A DNA stretch of 25,266 nucleotides from Chiloscyllium plagiosum (Eukaryota): contig NC_057720.1 of assembly GCF_004010195.1 (NCBI RefSeq), positions 19,459,717 through 19,484,982 of the forward strand, read 5' to 3'. The notes under the pieces are model-generated. The model was not told the DNA's origin, made no database searches, and saw only the letters and a list, made by a program, of their open reading frames with translations. Both the position numbers and the translations under genes were made by a program. Shown piece by piece: positions 1 through 10,707 of the stretch. Position 1 is the stretch's first letter. Every line of letters begins with the position of its first letter.

Positions 1-31
1 CAAAAAATATCTGTATTTAAATTATTTGTAT

Positions 32-180
32 GTTATCAGTGCTGTTTGTGGGGAGTTGCTGGCACATATTTCCTGCATTGCATCACTGATTGCATTTTAA
101 AAGTAATTACTTGGTTATAACACACTTTGGAACATCCCAAGGTTGTGAAAGGAGGTTAGAAACATAAAATGGTCCTTCTT
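32..180 (+). mobile_element. 3' fragment of an old Deu-domain SINE (SacSINE1/AmnSINE1-like) with L2-type tail
   Basis: GCTGTTTGTGGGAGTTGCTG...AAAAGTAATTACTTGGTTATAACACACTTTGGAACATCCCAAGGTTGTGAAAGG resembles the remembered DeuSINE 3' consensus; heavily diverged. Confidence 0.55.
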
Positions 181-665
181 TGTGCATATGCAAGATAAAG
201 CTCAGTTAGCTTGCCACTTGCTCAATTCAGTTGCAGGAGATGGCAGTCCTTTCTTTGGTCTATGGTTTTGCCAACACTAATGTGACAGTCAATGCAAAGG
301 CACCACTGGCTTACAATCCAAACTCCACAAGTATCAAAGTAAAAGCAACTGTAGAGACACACACAGTGCCAGCCAAGTGCTGCATCCTGTACATTCATAG
401 ACACAAATTAAACTGTTTGAGCTACCCAAATCCTCGAGGGACAGCAGTGTAAAACAGTGAACTTCTCTCATCAATTGAGTAAATCTCAAGTCAAGGGCCT
501 GGGGTTTGATGAAATCAAAATATTACACAACACCAGCTGGAGAAAAGAGAAACCACAAAATTGCTAGCAGCATGAAATCAAAAGCAAACAGCAGCCAATG
601 TGGAGCAGAACCTTCCGCACTTAAAGAGAAAAATGTGGATCATTCAAGAGACCATTAACTTGTCT

Positions 666-690
<25 letters not shown>
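666..690. repeat. (TC)12 microsatellite
   Basis: Direct reading of the uninterrupted TC run. Confidence 0.95.
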
Positions 691-696
<6 letters not shown>

Positions 697-754
697 GGCC
701 AATTTGTTTTTATGTCTCAAGCAACATTACTTAAATGGATTCTACAAACATCCA

Positions 755-832
755 AATTAAGAGCAGGGAATGGTATTTGGCCCCTTGAGCCTGCTTCACC
801 ATTCAATACGATCAAGGGTGATCTGATGGTGG
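755..832 (-). mobile_element. Short CR1 3'-UTR fragment
   Basis: GAGCAGG...TTTGGCCCCTTGAGCCTGCTTCACCATTCAATACGATCA is the reverse complement of the same type of 3' end seen at 1570-1640 and 15770-15965. Confidence 0.65.
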
Positions 833-879
833 CCACATTCCAGATGACCTGTGACCTCCTTGTTAGTCAAATTATCCGG

Positions 880-1025
880 TCATTATCACATTGCTGCTTG
901 TTGCAGTTTGCTGTGCAGAATCGGGCTGACGAGTGTCTTATGTTACAACAGTAACTGAACTTCCTAAGCACTTCATTCACTCGAAAGCTTCCTTGGTTAA
1001 TCCTACAGTCATGTATCATGTGCTT
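880..1025 (+). mobile_element. Second diverged DeuSINE-like 3' fragment
   Basis: TCATTATCACATTGCTG...TTGCTGTGCA...TTACAACAGTAACTGAACTTC...CACTTCATT; similar to 32-180. Confidence 0.5.
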
Positions 1026-1183
1026 TTCAGAGGCTGAATGACTGGTAGTATGTTTCCAGCAGCATATTTCTGGGTACAGATCAACTGGAGACAAATTATA
1101 CAAAAATGGCTGTTTAAGTTAAATTAACTTATCGCAAAGATTTATACAATACAGCACAGGAACAGGCCCTTCAGCCCACCAAG

Positions 1184-1266
1184 GCTTTTGCCTGAAATGT
1201 CGATTTTCCTGCTCCTCGGATGCTGCCTGACCTGCTGTGCTTTTCCAGCACCACTCTGATCTAAAC
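1184..1266 (+). mobile_element. Short Penelope-like pLTR fragment with 17-bp target-site duplication
   Basis: GATGCTGCCTGACCTGCTGTGCTTTTCCAGCA core shared with 3713-3775, 9621-9748, 11341-11454 and 25061-25266; flanked by CCCTTCAGCCCA(C/T)CAAG at 1167-1183 and 1267-1283. Confidence 0.8.
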
Positions 1267-1390
1267 CCCTTCAGCCCATCAAGTCTGTGCCAATTCTTAA
1301 CCCTTATTTAGACCCACTACTTATTGCCCACGTGTGGTTTCTATCCCCCATTCACCTCCCATTCATGTGTCTATCAAGATACACTTTAAA

Positions 1391-1661
1391 CAGAACAGAA
1401 ATGCGGAGACATTTCTTCAGCCAGAGAGTGGGGGGCCTGTGGAATTCATTGCCACAGAGTGCAGTGGAGGCTGGGACGCTAAATGTCTTCAAGGCAGAAA
1501 TTGATAAATTCTTGATGTCACAAGGAATTAAGGGCTACGGGGAGAATGCGGGTAAGTGGAGTTGAAATGCCCATCAGCCATGATTGAATGGCGGAGTGGA
1601 CTCGATGGGCCGAATGGCCTTACTTCCGCTCCTATGTCTTATGGTCTTATGGTCTTATGAT
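1391..1661 (+). mobile_element. Young CR1 3' fragment nested antisense in the older CR1
   Basis: Intact C-terminal peptide RHFFSQRVGGLWNSLPQSAVEA; (TCTTATGG)n tail at 1637-1660; TTAAA duplicated at 1386-1390 and 1663-1667; CpGs retained. Confidence 0.92.
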
Positions 1662-3622
1662 CTTAAATGTTGCTAACGTGCCTGCTTCCACCACCTCCAC
1701 TGGCAGTGCATTCCAGGCACCCACCACCCTGTGTGTGAAAAGATTTCCCCCCCTTCTCTCCTAAACTTTCCCCCTCTTAACTTGAACCTGTGCCGTCTTG
1801 TAGTTGACTATTCCACCTGGGAAAAAAAAGACCTCTGACTATCCATCCTATCCAGTCCCCTCATAGTTTCGTAGACCTCTATCACCCCTCAGCCTCTGTC
1901 TTTCCAGTGTAAACAATCCGTGTTTATCCAACCTCTCCTCATAACTAAAATCCTCCAGGCCAGGCAATATCCTGGTAAACCTTCTTTGCACCCTCTCCAA
2001 AGCATCCAAGTCCTTCTGATGATGTGGTGACCAGAACTACACACAATATTCCAAATGTGGCCTAGCTAAAGTTTTGTATAACTGTATCATAACTTGCCAA
2101 CTTTTATATTCAGTGCCCCAGCTGATGTATGCCTTCTTGACCATCTTATCCACCTGTGTTGCCACTTTCAATGACCTATGGACCTATGTCCAGATCCCTC
2201 TGTATGTCGACGTTTCTAAGGGTTCTGCCATTTATTGCATAATTCTTACTTGAATTCCATAATGGATCACCTCACATTTGCCCGGATTAAACTCCATCTG
2301 CCATTTCTTTACCCAATTCTGCAGTCTATCGATATCTGCTGTATCCTTTGATAATCCTCCTCACCATCCGCAACTTCTCCAATTTTGGTGTCATCTGCAA
2401 ACTTACTAATCATACCAACTACATTTCCCTCCAGATCATTTATATGTATTACAAACCACAAGATCCCAGCACTGATCCCTTTGGAACACCATCAGTTACT
2501 GATCTACATTCCAAAAAGCACCCTCCCACCGCTACTCTCTGCCTTCTGTGACCAAGTCAGTTTGTGTCCATCTAGCCAGCTCACCCTGATCCCATGAGAT
2601 TCTACCTTTTGTCCCAGCCTGCCAGGCAGTATCTTATCAAATTCTTTGCTAAAGTCCATGTAGACAATACCCACTGCCCTTGCCTCATCAATCATTCTTG
2701 TCACCTCCTCAAAAGATACAATTAAGTTGGTGAGACATGGCATTCCTGCACAAACCCATGCTGCTTATCATTAACAAGTCCATTTGTTTTCAATTGTGAA
2801 TAAAGTCAATTTCTCAATATCCTCTCCAGAAGCTTCCCCACCACTGATGTCAGGCTCACCGCCTGCAATTATCTGGATGATCTCTGTTTCCCTTCTGAAA
2901 CAAAGGTACAACATTGGCCATTCTCCAGCCCTCTGGAACCTCACCTGAGGCCAAAGAGGATGCAAAGATATCTGTTAAGGCTTCAGCTATGTCTTACCTC
3001 CTACAGTATCCGAGGATAGATCCCATCTGGCCCTGGGGAGTTGTCCACCTTTAATACATTTCAAGACACCCTACACTTCCTCCTTCATTGTATTGAGTTG
3101 CTCGAGAGTATTCACACACCTTTCCCTAACTTCAACATCCCTCACATCCCTCTCTTTGGTGAATACCAATGTAAACTACTCATTAACGATCTCATCTATT
3201 TGCTCTGGCTCCACACATAACTTCCCTCTTTTAACCTTGAGTCGACCAATTCTTTCCCTAGCTCCCCTCTTGCTCTTAATATATGTGTAATATACCTTGA
3301 GATTCTCCTTAACCCTGCTGGCATTTTATAGCCCCTTTTAGTCCTCCTAACTCCCTGTTTGAGCTCCTTCCTACTTTCTCTGTATTCTTTAAGGACTTTG
3401 TCTGTTTTTAGTGGCCTAGACCTTAGGTATGCTTCCATTTTATTGGACTAAGCTAATAATTTCCCCTGTCATCCAAGGTTCCTGCGTGTTCTACATGCTA
3501 ATCAAACTGGTCTTTAAAAGACTCCCACATGTTAGATGTTGGTTTACCCTCAAACCGTCCCTCCCAATCCACATTCTCCAAATCTTGCCTAATTCAGTTA
3601 AGGTTGGCCTTCTCCCAATTTA

Positions 3623-3807
3623 GCTGAAAATGTGTTGCTGGAAAAGCACAGCAGGTCAGGCAGCATCCAGGGAACAGGAGAATCCTGAAGAAGGGCTTAT
3701 GCCCGAAACGTCGATTCTCCTGTTCCCTGGATGCTGCCTGACCTGCTGCGCTTTTCCAGCAATACATTTTCAGCTCTGATCTCCAGCATCTGCAGACCTC
3801 ACTTTCT
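3623..3807 (+). mobile_element. Penelope-like pLTR insertion with an inverted partial copy (hairpin) and 15-bp TSD
   Basis: Arms 3622-3684 and 3713-3775 are reverse complements (61/63); CCTTCTCCCAATTTA at 3608-3622 and 3808-3822; the host CR1 resumes after it. Confidence 0.88.
3681..3716 (+). ncRNA. Minimal type I hammerhead ribozyme motif (Penelope-associated), intact core
   Basis: AAUC-CUGAAGA-A-GGGC(UUAU)GCCC-GAAA-CG-UC/GAUU: conserved CUGANGA and GAAA boxes, 4-bp helix II, palindromic ACGU helix III, GUC cleavage triplet, helix I AAUC:GAUU. Confidence 0.75.
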
Positions 3808-4905
3808 CCTTCTCCCAATTTAACACTTTCAACTGGCATTCACTCTTGTCCTTATCCATAAGTACCGAAAACTTATGGAATTATGGTCAATATTCACAAA
3901 ATGCTCCCCCGATGAAACTTTGATCACCCGGCTGGGCTCATTTCCCAATACCAGTTCCAGTACGGCCCCCTCTCTCATTGGACCATCCACATTCTGTTTC
4001 AGAAGCTCACCTAACAAACTGCTTCCCAACCAAACCCCAGGCACTTAAGGGACTCCCAGTCAATATGGGGGAATTAAAATCATGCATCACTACAACCCTT
4101 TTTTTTCACATCCAGAGTCTGGCTACATATATCTTCCTCTATTTCCCTCTGGCAGCTGGGACATCTGTAGTACAACCCCAGCATTGTGATTGCACCCTTC
4201 CTATCCCTGAAGTCTACCCATAATGCTTTGCTGCACGATCCCTCCAGGGTATCCTCCCTCAACACAGCTGTGATATGCTCTCCAACCCAGTAATGCAACT
4301 CCCCAGCCTCTTTTGCTCAGGACTTACTTTGAATCAGTTCATATTTCAGCAGATGCAATATCCTTAATTAAGGCCAGCTACTGTAATCCCATGAAACATG
4401 TAAAGCATTTTTACTCAGGATTGCATAAGTAAATTAGCTTCTGCTGGCCTCTGTAATCCTTCTCCACCCATGTACATTTTGTTATGCTTCCTGCAGAGTA
4501 TGATAAAGTTTAAACAGGTACTCAAAATCTCTGTCACTGACTTAAAGGAGGCACACAACAAGATTTCAATTTTTTAGATTTTAACTGTGACAAACTAAAA
4601 TCAACATTGGCTAGACATTTCTCAGAAGGAAATTAATACATCAATACATCTCAAATGAGCATTAACATACTGAAAAGCCTCATAGTGCACTTATACATTG
4701 TAACCTGCTTTCTGCAGAATTGCAGTGTATAGGAATCGATCCCAACTTATTTGCAGTGTCCAATAGGCTGACTTCTCTATGTTTTGCTGAGTTGTAACTT
4801 CCCAATAACCATTCGAGGTCCTTCCCTCAATTTTCAGAAAATCCCTCTTTTTGCAGCAATAAAGCTTGTTCTGGTGATTACATCCCCCAGCCGCATCAAG
4901 AAGAC

Positions 4906-5190
4906 TAGATTCCCTACAATGTGGAAACAGGCTCTTCAGCCCAATAAGTCCACACTGACCCTCCAAAGAGTAACCCACCCAGACCCACTTATCCCTGACT
5001 AATAAACCTAACACTATGGGCAACTTTGCATGGCCAATTCACCTAGCCTGCACATCTTTTGGATTGTGGGAGGAAACTGGAGCACCCGGAGGAAACCCAC
5101 GCAGACACATGTGCAAACTCCACACAGACAGTCGCCCAAGGCTGGAATTGAATTTGGGTTTCAGGTGCTGTGAGGCAGCAGTGCCACCCC
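4906..5190 (-). mobile_element. HE1-type tRNA-derived SINE (V-SINE group), near full length
   Basis: Minus strand reads GGTGGCACTGCTGCCTCACAGCACC...TTCAATTCCAGCCTTGGGCGACTGTCTGTGTGGAGTTTGCACAT...GGGTTTCCTCCGGGTGCTCC and ends in a CR1-like tail; closely similar to 18115-18425. Confidence 0.9.
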
Positions 5191-5781
5191 TGCCAGTGTA
5201 CTTAAGTAGCCAGGAATTTTGAAACTTTGCCCAGGAAACATCATCCCACCTACATTCTGCATGGTAGCTAACAAACAAAACATCCTTTTTCCTTCTTCTG
5301 AGCCTGTCTTTATTTCTTTCTGGAACCCACCCTTTCTTGATCTATCTCGGTCCTAGATCTTGGAGATTGTCTACCTGTTCAGAGCCAGGCCAGTTGCTTC
5401 TGCCTTTGTGTTCAAGTGTGAGTTTCAACAGAACTTGAAATCAGCCACTAGCCTCCATTGTAACCAGGTCACTTTGGCTTATCTCCAAGCAGAAGCAGCA
5501 GGAGATCATATGCTTCCTTTCGAATAAAACAAAACACAGCTTAAATCACATCCCCTTTTCCTTTAGATAGAGTATCCCAAGAATGCCATCTCTAGGTGGC
5601 ACAAAGAGCAGAACAAAAGCTGATGCCATTCTCAAGTGATGAGAAGCAGGTGCCTGTCTAAGATGGCGCTGCAGGATGTAAAGTGAGCAACAAAATAAAA
5701 GGAGTTCATTTTACTTTGAACAAAAACAGAAATTGCTGGAAAATCTCAGCAAATCTGGCAGCATCAGTGGAGAGAAATCAG

Positions 5782-5819
5782 AGTTAATGGTTCAGGTCCA
5801 GTGACCCTTCCTCAGAACT
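5782..5819 (-). ncRNA. Degenerate hammerhead motif of a second Penelope family
   Basis: AGUU-CUGAGGA-A-GGGUC(ACUG)GACCU-GAAC-CA-UU-AACU; helices I and II pair, but GAAA and helix III are mutated. Confidence 0.6.
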
Positions 5820-6069
5820 GATCGTGGTTAGGAAAATGTCAGTTTATATACAGAAGTTAGGGAGCAAGGTGTAAACAATAGGGGGAGATAGAGCGTGAAG
5901 AGAGAGAAGAGCAGTTGGACAGACAAAGGAGTGGATAACGATCAGCCCAGGAGAATGAATAGCTCCTAATGGGGACTATTAGTGACTAACAATGGATTGT
6001 GTGTAATAGTGGAACATGTGACAAGACATAATATGTGGGGGTTCAGTTAAGGAGATGGGAGAAGGTGCT

Positions 6070-6426
6070 TCAAGCCCTAAAATTGTTGAACTCAACAATG
6101 AGTCCAGAGGGTTGTAGAGTTCCCAAGCAGAAAGTGTGGTGCAGTTCTTCCTGCTTGTGTTGAGCTTTGCTGGAGCACTGCAGCAAGCCTGAGACAGAGA
6201 TGTTGGTCAGGGAATAGGGTGATGTGTTGGAACCAGAAGCTCAGGGCCTTTTTTTGCAGACGGAATGTAGATGTTCGGTGAACGGTCACCCAGTCTGCGC
6301 TTCATTTCCGCAACGTAGAGGAAACCACATTGTGAGCAGTGAATGCAGTAAACTAGAATGTGAGATGTGCAGGTAAAACACTGCTTTACCAGGAAGGGGT
6401 GTTTTGGTCCTTGGATACTGAGGAGG
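6070..6426 (-). pseudogene. Frameshifted GIY-YIG (Uri) endonuclease domain of the Penelope ORF
   Basis: LVY-C-x-x-C-x-x-C-x-x-x-YVAE matches the Penelope xVY...YIGET motif with interleaved cysteines; G-T-L-Q-P-x-G-L C-terminal motif. Confidence 0.85.
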
Positions 6427-7337
6427 ACTGCCACTTCAACTACCACCTTGGAACCTGCTTTGTCACGATCAGCTGATATCACAGGCTGTGCCTGTGCATG
6501 TGTGGTTACCATTTTGGTGCTGGGGTCATATCTCCATTCATTCTATTGTGGATATGGTTGCTAAGATCCTCTCCTTCCCCCACCCTGCCCAAAAGGAAAA
6601 ACCAGTAAAACTAGCAAATGACCCACACTGGTCCAATGTATTTTGCATACGTCAGAGCAGCTCCAGTACGTTCACTGCCAAGCATTACTGATTTTTGACT
6701 GGGTTTTCCCTCATTCCATATGGACAGGTTAGCTTCTACAGGAGTGGGAATTACAGCCAATATGGCAGAACCAATTTCCAGAGTAATTGGACATTATAAA
6801 TTCAGTAAACATTCATTAAATCTTTGCCTGTTTGATACAATATCAATACCATCAGTCTGTTGGGGCTCACCATTACAATATCAGGTTACAGGGAAAAAAG
6901 GCAGTGTGAATAGCTTTTTCAGTACATTAAAATCCATATTCCTGATGCTTTTTCCTAACTTTCAGGGACAGTATTTATATGGGCATTCTGAATAGCACAG
7001 ATAACAAGAAGGCAAAATAGTCTTGTCTTCTCTTCAGTTGACATTATAGTTACTATGGTAAATAAGGAACCAAATAACAAAAACTTTCAATGTTTATAGA
7101 AGTGTTTCTGTAGCCCCACCCCCAGTCCTGTTCTCCACAATGCTGCTGACTTTGCTGCTGGTTACAGTCTGTAATAACATTTCCAAGTTTCAGATTATAC
7201 AAACTCATCTCTATAATGACAAGACTCTCCAAACCTTTACAAATCATCAACCTTTCAGTTACAGAAGATGGATAACTGTGCTTCCAAAAACTTGTTCAAA
7301 GTCAGATTTCAAATTTAAATTAAAATTTACATAAATT

Positions 7338-8296
7338 ATTTGGATGCGAGCATAAAAGGTACAGTTAGTAAGTTTGCAGATGACACCAAAATTGGAGGTG
7401 TAGTGGACTGCGAAGAGGGTTACCTCAGATTACAACAGGATCTGGACCAGATGGGCCAATGGGCTGAGGTGTGGCAGATGGAGTTTAATTCAGATAAATG
7501 TGAGGTGCTGCATTTTGGGAAAGCAAATCTTAGCAGACTTATGCACTTAATGGTAAGGTCCTTGGGAGTGTTGCTGAACAAAGAGACCTTGGAATGCAGG
7601 TTCATAGCTCCTTGAAAGTGGAGTTGCAGGTAGATAGGATAGTGAAGAAGGTGTTTGTTATGCTTTGCTTTATTGGTCAGAGTATTGAGTACAGGAGTTG
7701 GGAGGTCATGTTGCGGCTGTACAGCACATTAGTTAGGCCACTGTTGGAATATTGCGTGCAATTCTGGTCTCCTTCCTATCAGAAAGATGTTATGAAACAT
7801 AAAAGGTTCAGAAAAGATTTACAAGGATGTTGCCAGGGTAGGAGGATCTGAGCTACAGGGAGAGGCTGAACAGGCTGAAGCTGTTTTCCCTGTAGTGTCG
7901 GAGGCTGAGGGGTGACCTTACAGAGGTTTACAAAATTATGAGGGACATGGATAGGATAAATAGACAAAATCTTTTCCCTGGGGTCAGGGAGTCCAGAACT
8001 AGAGGGCATAGGTTTAAGGTGAGAGGGGAAAGATATAAAAGAGACCTAAGGGGCAAGTTTTTCACACAGAGAATGGTACATGTATGGAATGTGCTGCCAG
8101 AGGAAGTGGTGGAGGCTGGTACAATTGCAACATTTAAGAGGCATTTGGATGGGTATATGAATAGGAAGGATTTGGAGGAATATGGGCTGGGTGCTGGCAG
8201 ATGGGACTAGATTGGATTGGGATACCTGGTCGGCATGGGCGGGTTGGACCGAGTATCTGTTTCCATGCTGTACATCTCTATGACTCTATGACTCTA
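7338..8296 (+). mobile_element. 5'-truncated CR1/HER1-type LINE (RT C-terminal half plus 3' UTR)
   Basis: KFADDTKIGG, WQMEFNSDKC, LVRPLLEYCVQFWSP, TRGHRFK, FFTQRMVHVWNVLP; tail (CTATGACT)n at 8278-8296. Confidence 0.96.
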
Positions 8297-8805
8297 GAGT
8301 GCTCTCATCGTTTAATATACATTTACATAGCTGGTTACAGAACAATAGACTTAACTCAGAGAATCAGTGGTTGAGATGCTTAACATAAATTATACATTGT
8401 TTACATCCAGGAGTAAGGAATGTAATTTACTTCAGGTATTAAAGCCCTGAGAGAACAAATGGGAGGGAGTGCATAGCACAGTTCCCTCTCCTTTCCTTAC
8501 TAATAATGAGTTACAGAGGGTCTCTCTCCCTACTATGTTTGTGATGCACAACAGAGACATAATCAGCGCTAAAACAATGAAAATATCAAAGCAATTTTTA
8601 AGTTTGGACATTGGTTCTCTTGCATGTTTATTATCCTTAAAACCTAGCAATTAACATTAATAATCCAAGTTGCACCCAAATATGTACCTTGGATGTTTGC
8701 TGAAGCTTTGGCTAATTTCCTTGCATTCTGACAGCACTCTCCTCTACTGCTGGACCCGATCTCCTATTCCAGACTTGTCTGCCTGCTTGGATCACCCACA
8801 CCAGG

Positions 8806-8901
8806 TACTGGTGTCAGGTTTTGTTTGTTAATGCTTCTGTGAAGCACCTTGCTCTGATTTGACACATTAAAGGATCTATTTAAAAAGACTAGTTGTTGTT
8901 G
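8806..8901 (+). mobile_element. L2-clade LINE 3' terminus, old
   Basis: CTGTGAAGCACCTTG...CATTAAAGGATCTATTTAAA...AGTTGTTGTTG; reverse complement of the same type of end at 15452-15550. Confidence 0.55.
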
Positions 8902-9049
8902 GATGAGCTGGAACTTTACCATAGCTCAATGTTGATGACCAAAGCTGTTGGCTCTGATTGAAACTTTTGGTGCTGATTTCCTCCGATGCTCACTGAACCT
9001 GTACCTTATTCCTTGGCAGCCTCCCATCCGAGGAGTTGATCTGCAGTTC

Positions 9050-9312
9050 AGTGGTCAACAATCTGGGTCAACCACATAGGGTCTGGGGTCGTACATAGGA
9101 CAGACTAGATAAGGATGGCAAATTTCTGGATGTAAGTGAACCATATCTGATGATAATTTCATGGTCACTATTACTAAGACTACCTTTATATGCCAGAATT
9201 ATTAACTGAACTCAAATTTAAACAGCTGCTAAGATGGGATTTTGAACACATCCTTAGACTGGACACCCTGGATTCTTGGTGCAGTGATATAACCACTATA
9301 CCATCAGTTCCC
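9050..9312 (-). mobile_element. Old tRNA-derived SINE (second shark family), diverged
   Basis: Shares CAGAC..G.TAAGGA.GGCA, GTGAACCA and ATGGTCAC.ATTACT blocks with 10219-10521 and 23981-24216; tRNA-like head GGTATAGTGGTTATATCACTG on the minus strand. Confidence 0.65.
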
Positions 9313-9327
9313 CAGCATTATATTTTT

Positions 9328-9968
9328 GATATTCTGGTCACCACACTATAGGAAGGGTGCAAATGCACTAGAGGTGAGAAAGAGGATGCACTAGAGGATG
9401 TTGCCTGGGCTGCATGCTTCAGCTATGAGGAGAGACTAGATAGGCTGGGGGTGTTTTCCATAGAGCACAGGAGGCTAAGGTGGGAATCTGCTAGAGGGGT
9501 ACAACATTCTGAGAGGCACAGACCTTTCCTCTTTTAGGGGATCAGTAACTAGGAGAGCCCAGTTTTAAGATCAGATGTAGGAGGTTCAGAGAAGGTATGA
9601 GGAAATTAACTATTCACCCAGATGAAGGGCTTTTGCCCGAAACATCGATTTTTCCTGCTCCTTGGATGCTGCCTGACCTGCTGTGCTTTTCCAGCACCAC
9701 TCTAATCCAGACTCTGGTTTCCAGGATCTGCAGTCCTCGTTTTTAACTGGTATATGGGAACTCACTGCCTAAAAGGGTAATGGAGCCAGGAACCCTCAAG
9801 ACACTGAAGAACTATTTAGATTAACACTTGAAACACCAGAGCATACAAGGCTACATGTCAAGTGCTAGAAAGTGGGATTAAAACAAATGGATGTCTGATG
9901 AGCTACACATACATGATGGGCCAAAGGGCCTCTTTCTGTGTTGTCAAAACTTCTATGACTTTAACTCT
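9328..9968 (+). mobile_element. Older CR1 3' fragment interrupted by a Penelope pLTR
   Basis: TTCTGGTCACCACACTATAGGAAG (FWSPHYRK), AGCTATGAGGAGAGACTAGATAGGCTGGG (SYEERLDRLG), 3' stem GGGCCAAAGGGCC and CTATGACT tail. Confidence 0.85.
9621..9748 (+). mobile_element. Penelope-like pLTR fragment beginning inside the hammerhead core
   Basis: GATGA-A-GGGC(TTTT)GCCC-GAAA-CA-TC-GATT followed by the GATGCTGCCTGACCTGCTG...ATCTGCAGTCCTC end. Confidence 0.85.
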
Positions 9969-10218
9969 CTCTGACCCTATATTGCTGGTTATTCACAATA
10001 TTTTCAGAGAATTCCTGAGAGTGGGACCAAAGTAGCTGATGACCGGTCAAACTCAATGACGTTTGTTATTAAACTTGTTTTACCAATCCTTCTATAGGCT
10101 GTCACCCGATAACAACTCTATGCATCTCACACTCAAACTGATACTTGTTTTTAATTAACATGGTAGGATTCACCTCCAGGAGACTGGACTCTTGAGGCAC
10201 AGTGGTAGTATCCCTACT

Positions 10219-10521
10219 ACTTTCTTTATTCATTCACAGGATGAGGGCATAACTGGCTAGGCGTTACCCATCCCTAATCGCCCAGAGGAAGTCACATGTA
10301 GGCCAGACCAGGTAAGGACGGCAGTTTCTTCCCTAAAGGAAGTCAGTGAACCAGATGGCTTTTTCCCAACAACCGATTCGTGATTATCATTAGACTCTTA
10401 ATTCCAGACTTGAATTCAAATGCCACCATCTTGCAATGATGGGATTCAAACCTGGATCCTAAAACGTAACCGGGGTCTCTGGATTAACAGTCCATCAATA
10501 ATACAACGAGGTCAATGCTTC
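10219..10521 (-). mobile_element. tRNA-derived SINE (second family) nested in the short SINE
   Basis: GTCACATGTAGGCCAGACCAGGTAAGGACGGCAGTTTCTTCCCTAAAGGA...TGAATTCAAATGCCACCATC...GGGATTCAAACC (B box on the minus strand). Confidence 0.8.
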
Positions 10522-10554
10522 CTCTGAGCCAGGAGACTGAGGTTCAAGCCCACA

Positions 10555-10630
10555 CCTGAAACTTTGACTTCCCCACCTCCTGTTGCTGCCTGGCTTGCTA
10601 TGTTCTTCCATCTTCCTGATTGTCTACTGC
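10555..10630 (+). mobile_element. Diverged Penelope-like pLTR fragment with ~19-bp TSD
   Basis: CCTGAAACTTTGACT...GCTGCCTGGCTTGCTATGTTCTTCCA; AGGTTCAAGCCCACACCTG (10540-10558) versus AGGTTCAAGTCCTACCTG (10631-10648). Confidence 0.6.
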
Positions 10631-10707
10631 AGGTTCAAGTCCTACCTGCTGCAGAAATGTGTCTTAATATGTTTCAACAAGTTGATTAAAGTAACAAAAT
10701 CTCTGGG

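Larger units (their letters stand above)
1141..4312 (-). mobile_element. 5'-truncated, decayed CR1-clade LINE (ORF2 from the APE endonuclease through RT to the 3' UTR), interrupted by three younger insertions
   Basis: Minus-strand peptides: ITAVLRED...LGLYYRCP (4080-4298), LELVLGNE...DHNSISF (3829-4044), VYMDFSKEFD (2504-2743), KFADDTK (~2385-2405); 3'-UTR stem GGGCTGAAGGGCCTGTTCCTGTGCTGTA at ~1150-1177; many stops and frameshifts. Confidence 0.95.
5718..6426 (-). mobile_element. Penelope-like element 3' portion: GIY-YIG endonuclease remnant plus pLTR
   Basis: FTCTSHILVYCIHCSQCGFLYVAEMKRRLGDR, then in another frame SGLLQC...EELHHTFCLGTLQPSGLIVEF with a stop at 6070-6072; pLTR ends ...GATGCTGCCAGATTTGCTGAGATTTTCCAGCAATTTCTGTTTTTGTT. 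Confidence 0.9.
10186..10690 (+). mobile_element. Short tRNA-derived SINE split by two nested insertions
   Basis: Pieces 10186-10218 (A-box-like GGCACAGTGG), 10522-10558 and 10631-10690 (B-box-like GGTTCAAGTCC) join into one head. Confidence 0.6.

Noticed and set aside
231..452. 73-aa + ORF in unique DNA
   Set aside because: No recognisable homology and no convincing splice donor; length compatible with chance.
3622..3775. Hairpin as a MITE or pre-miRNA
   Set aside because: The arms are Penelope pLTR sequence found singly elsewhere, the repeat is not terminal (32 extra bp on the right), and a 15-bp TSD does not fit common DNA transposons.
5660..5669. YY1-like AAGATGGCG motif
   Set aside because: Isolated partial match with no CpG island or other promoter evidence.
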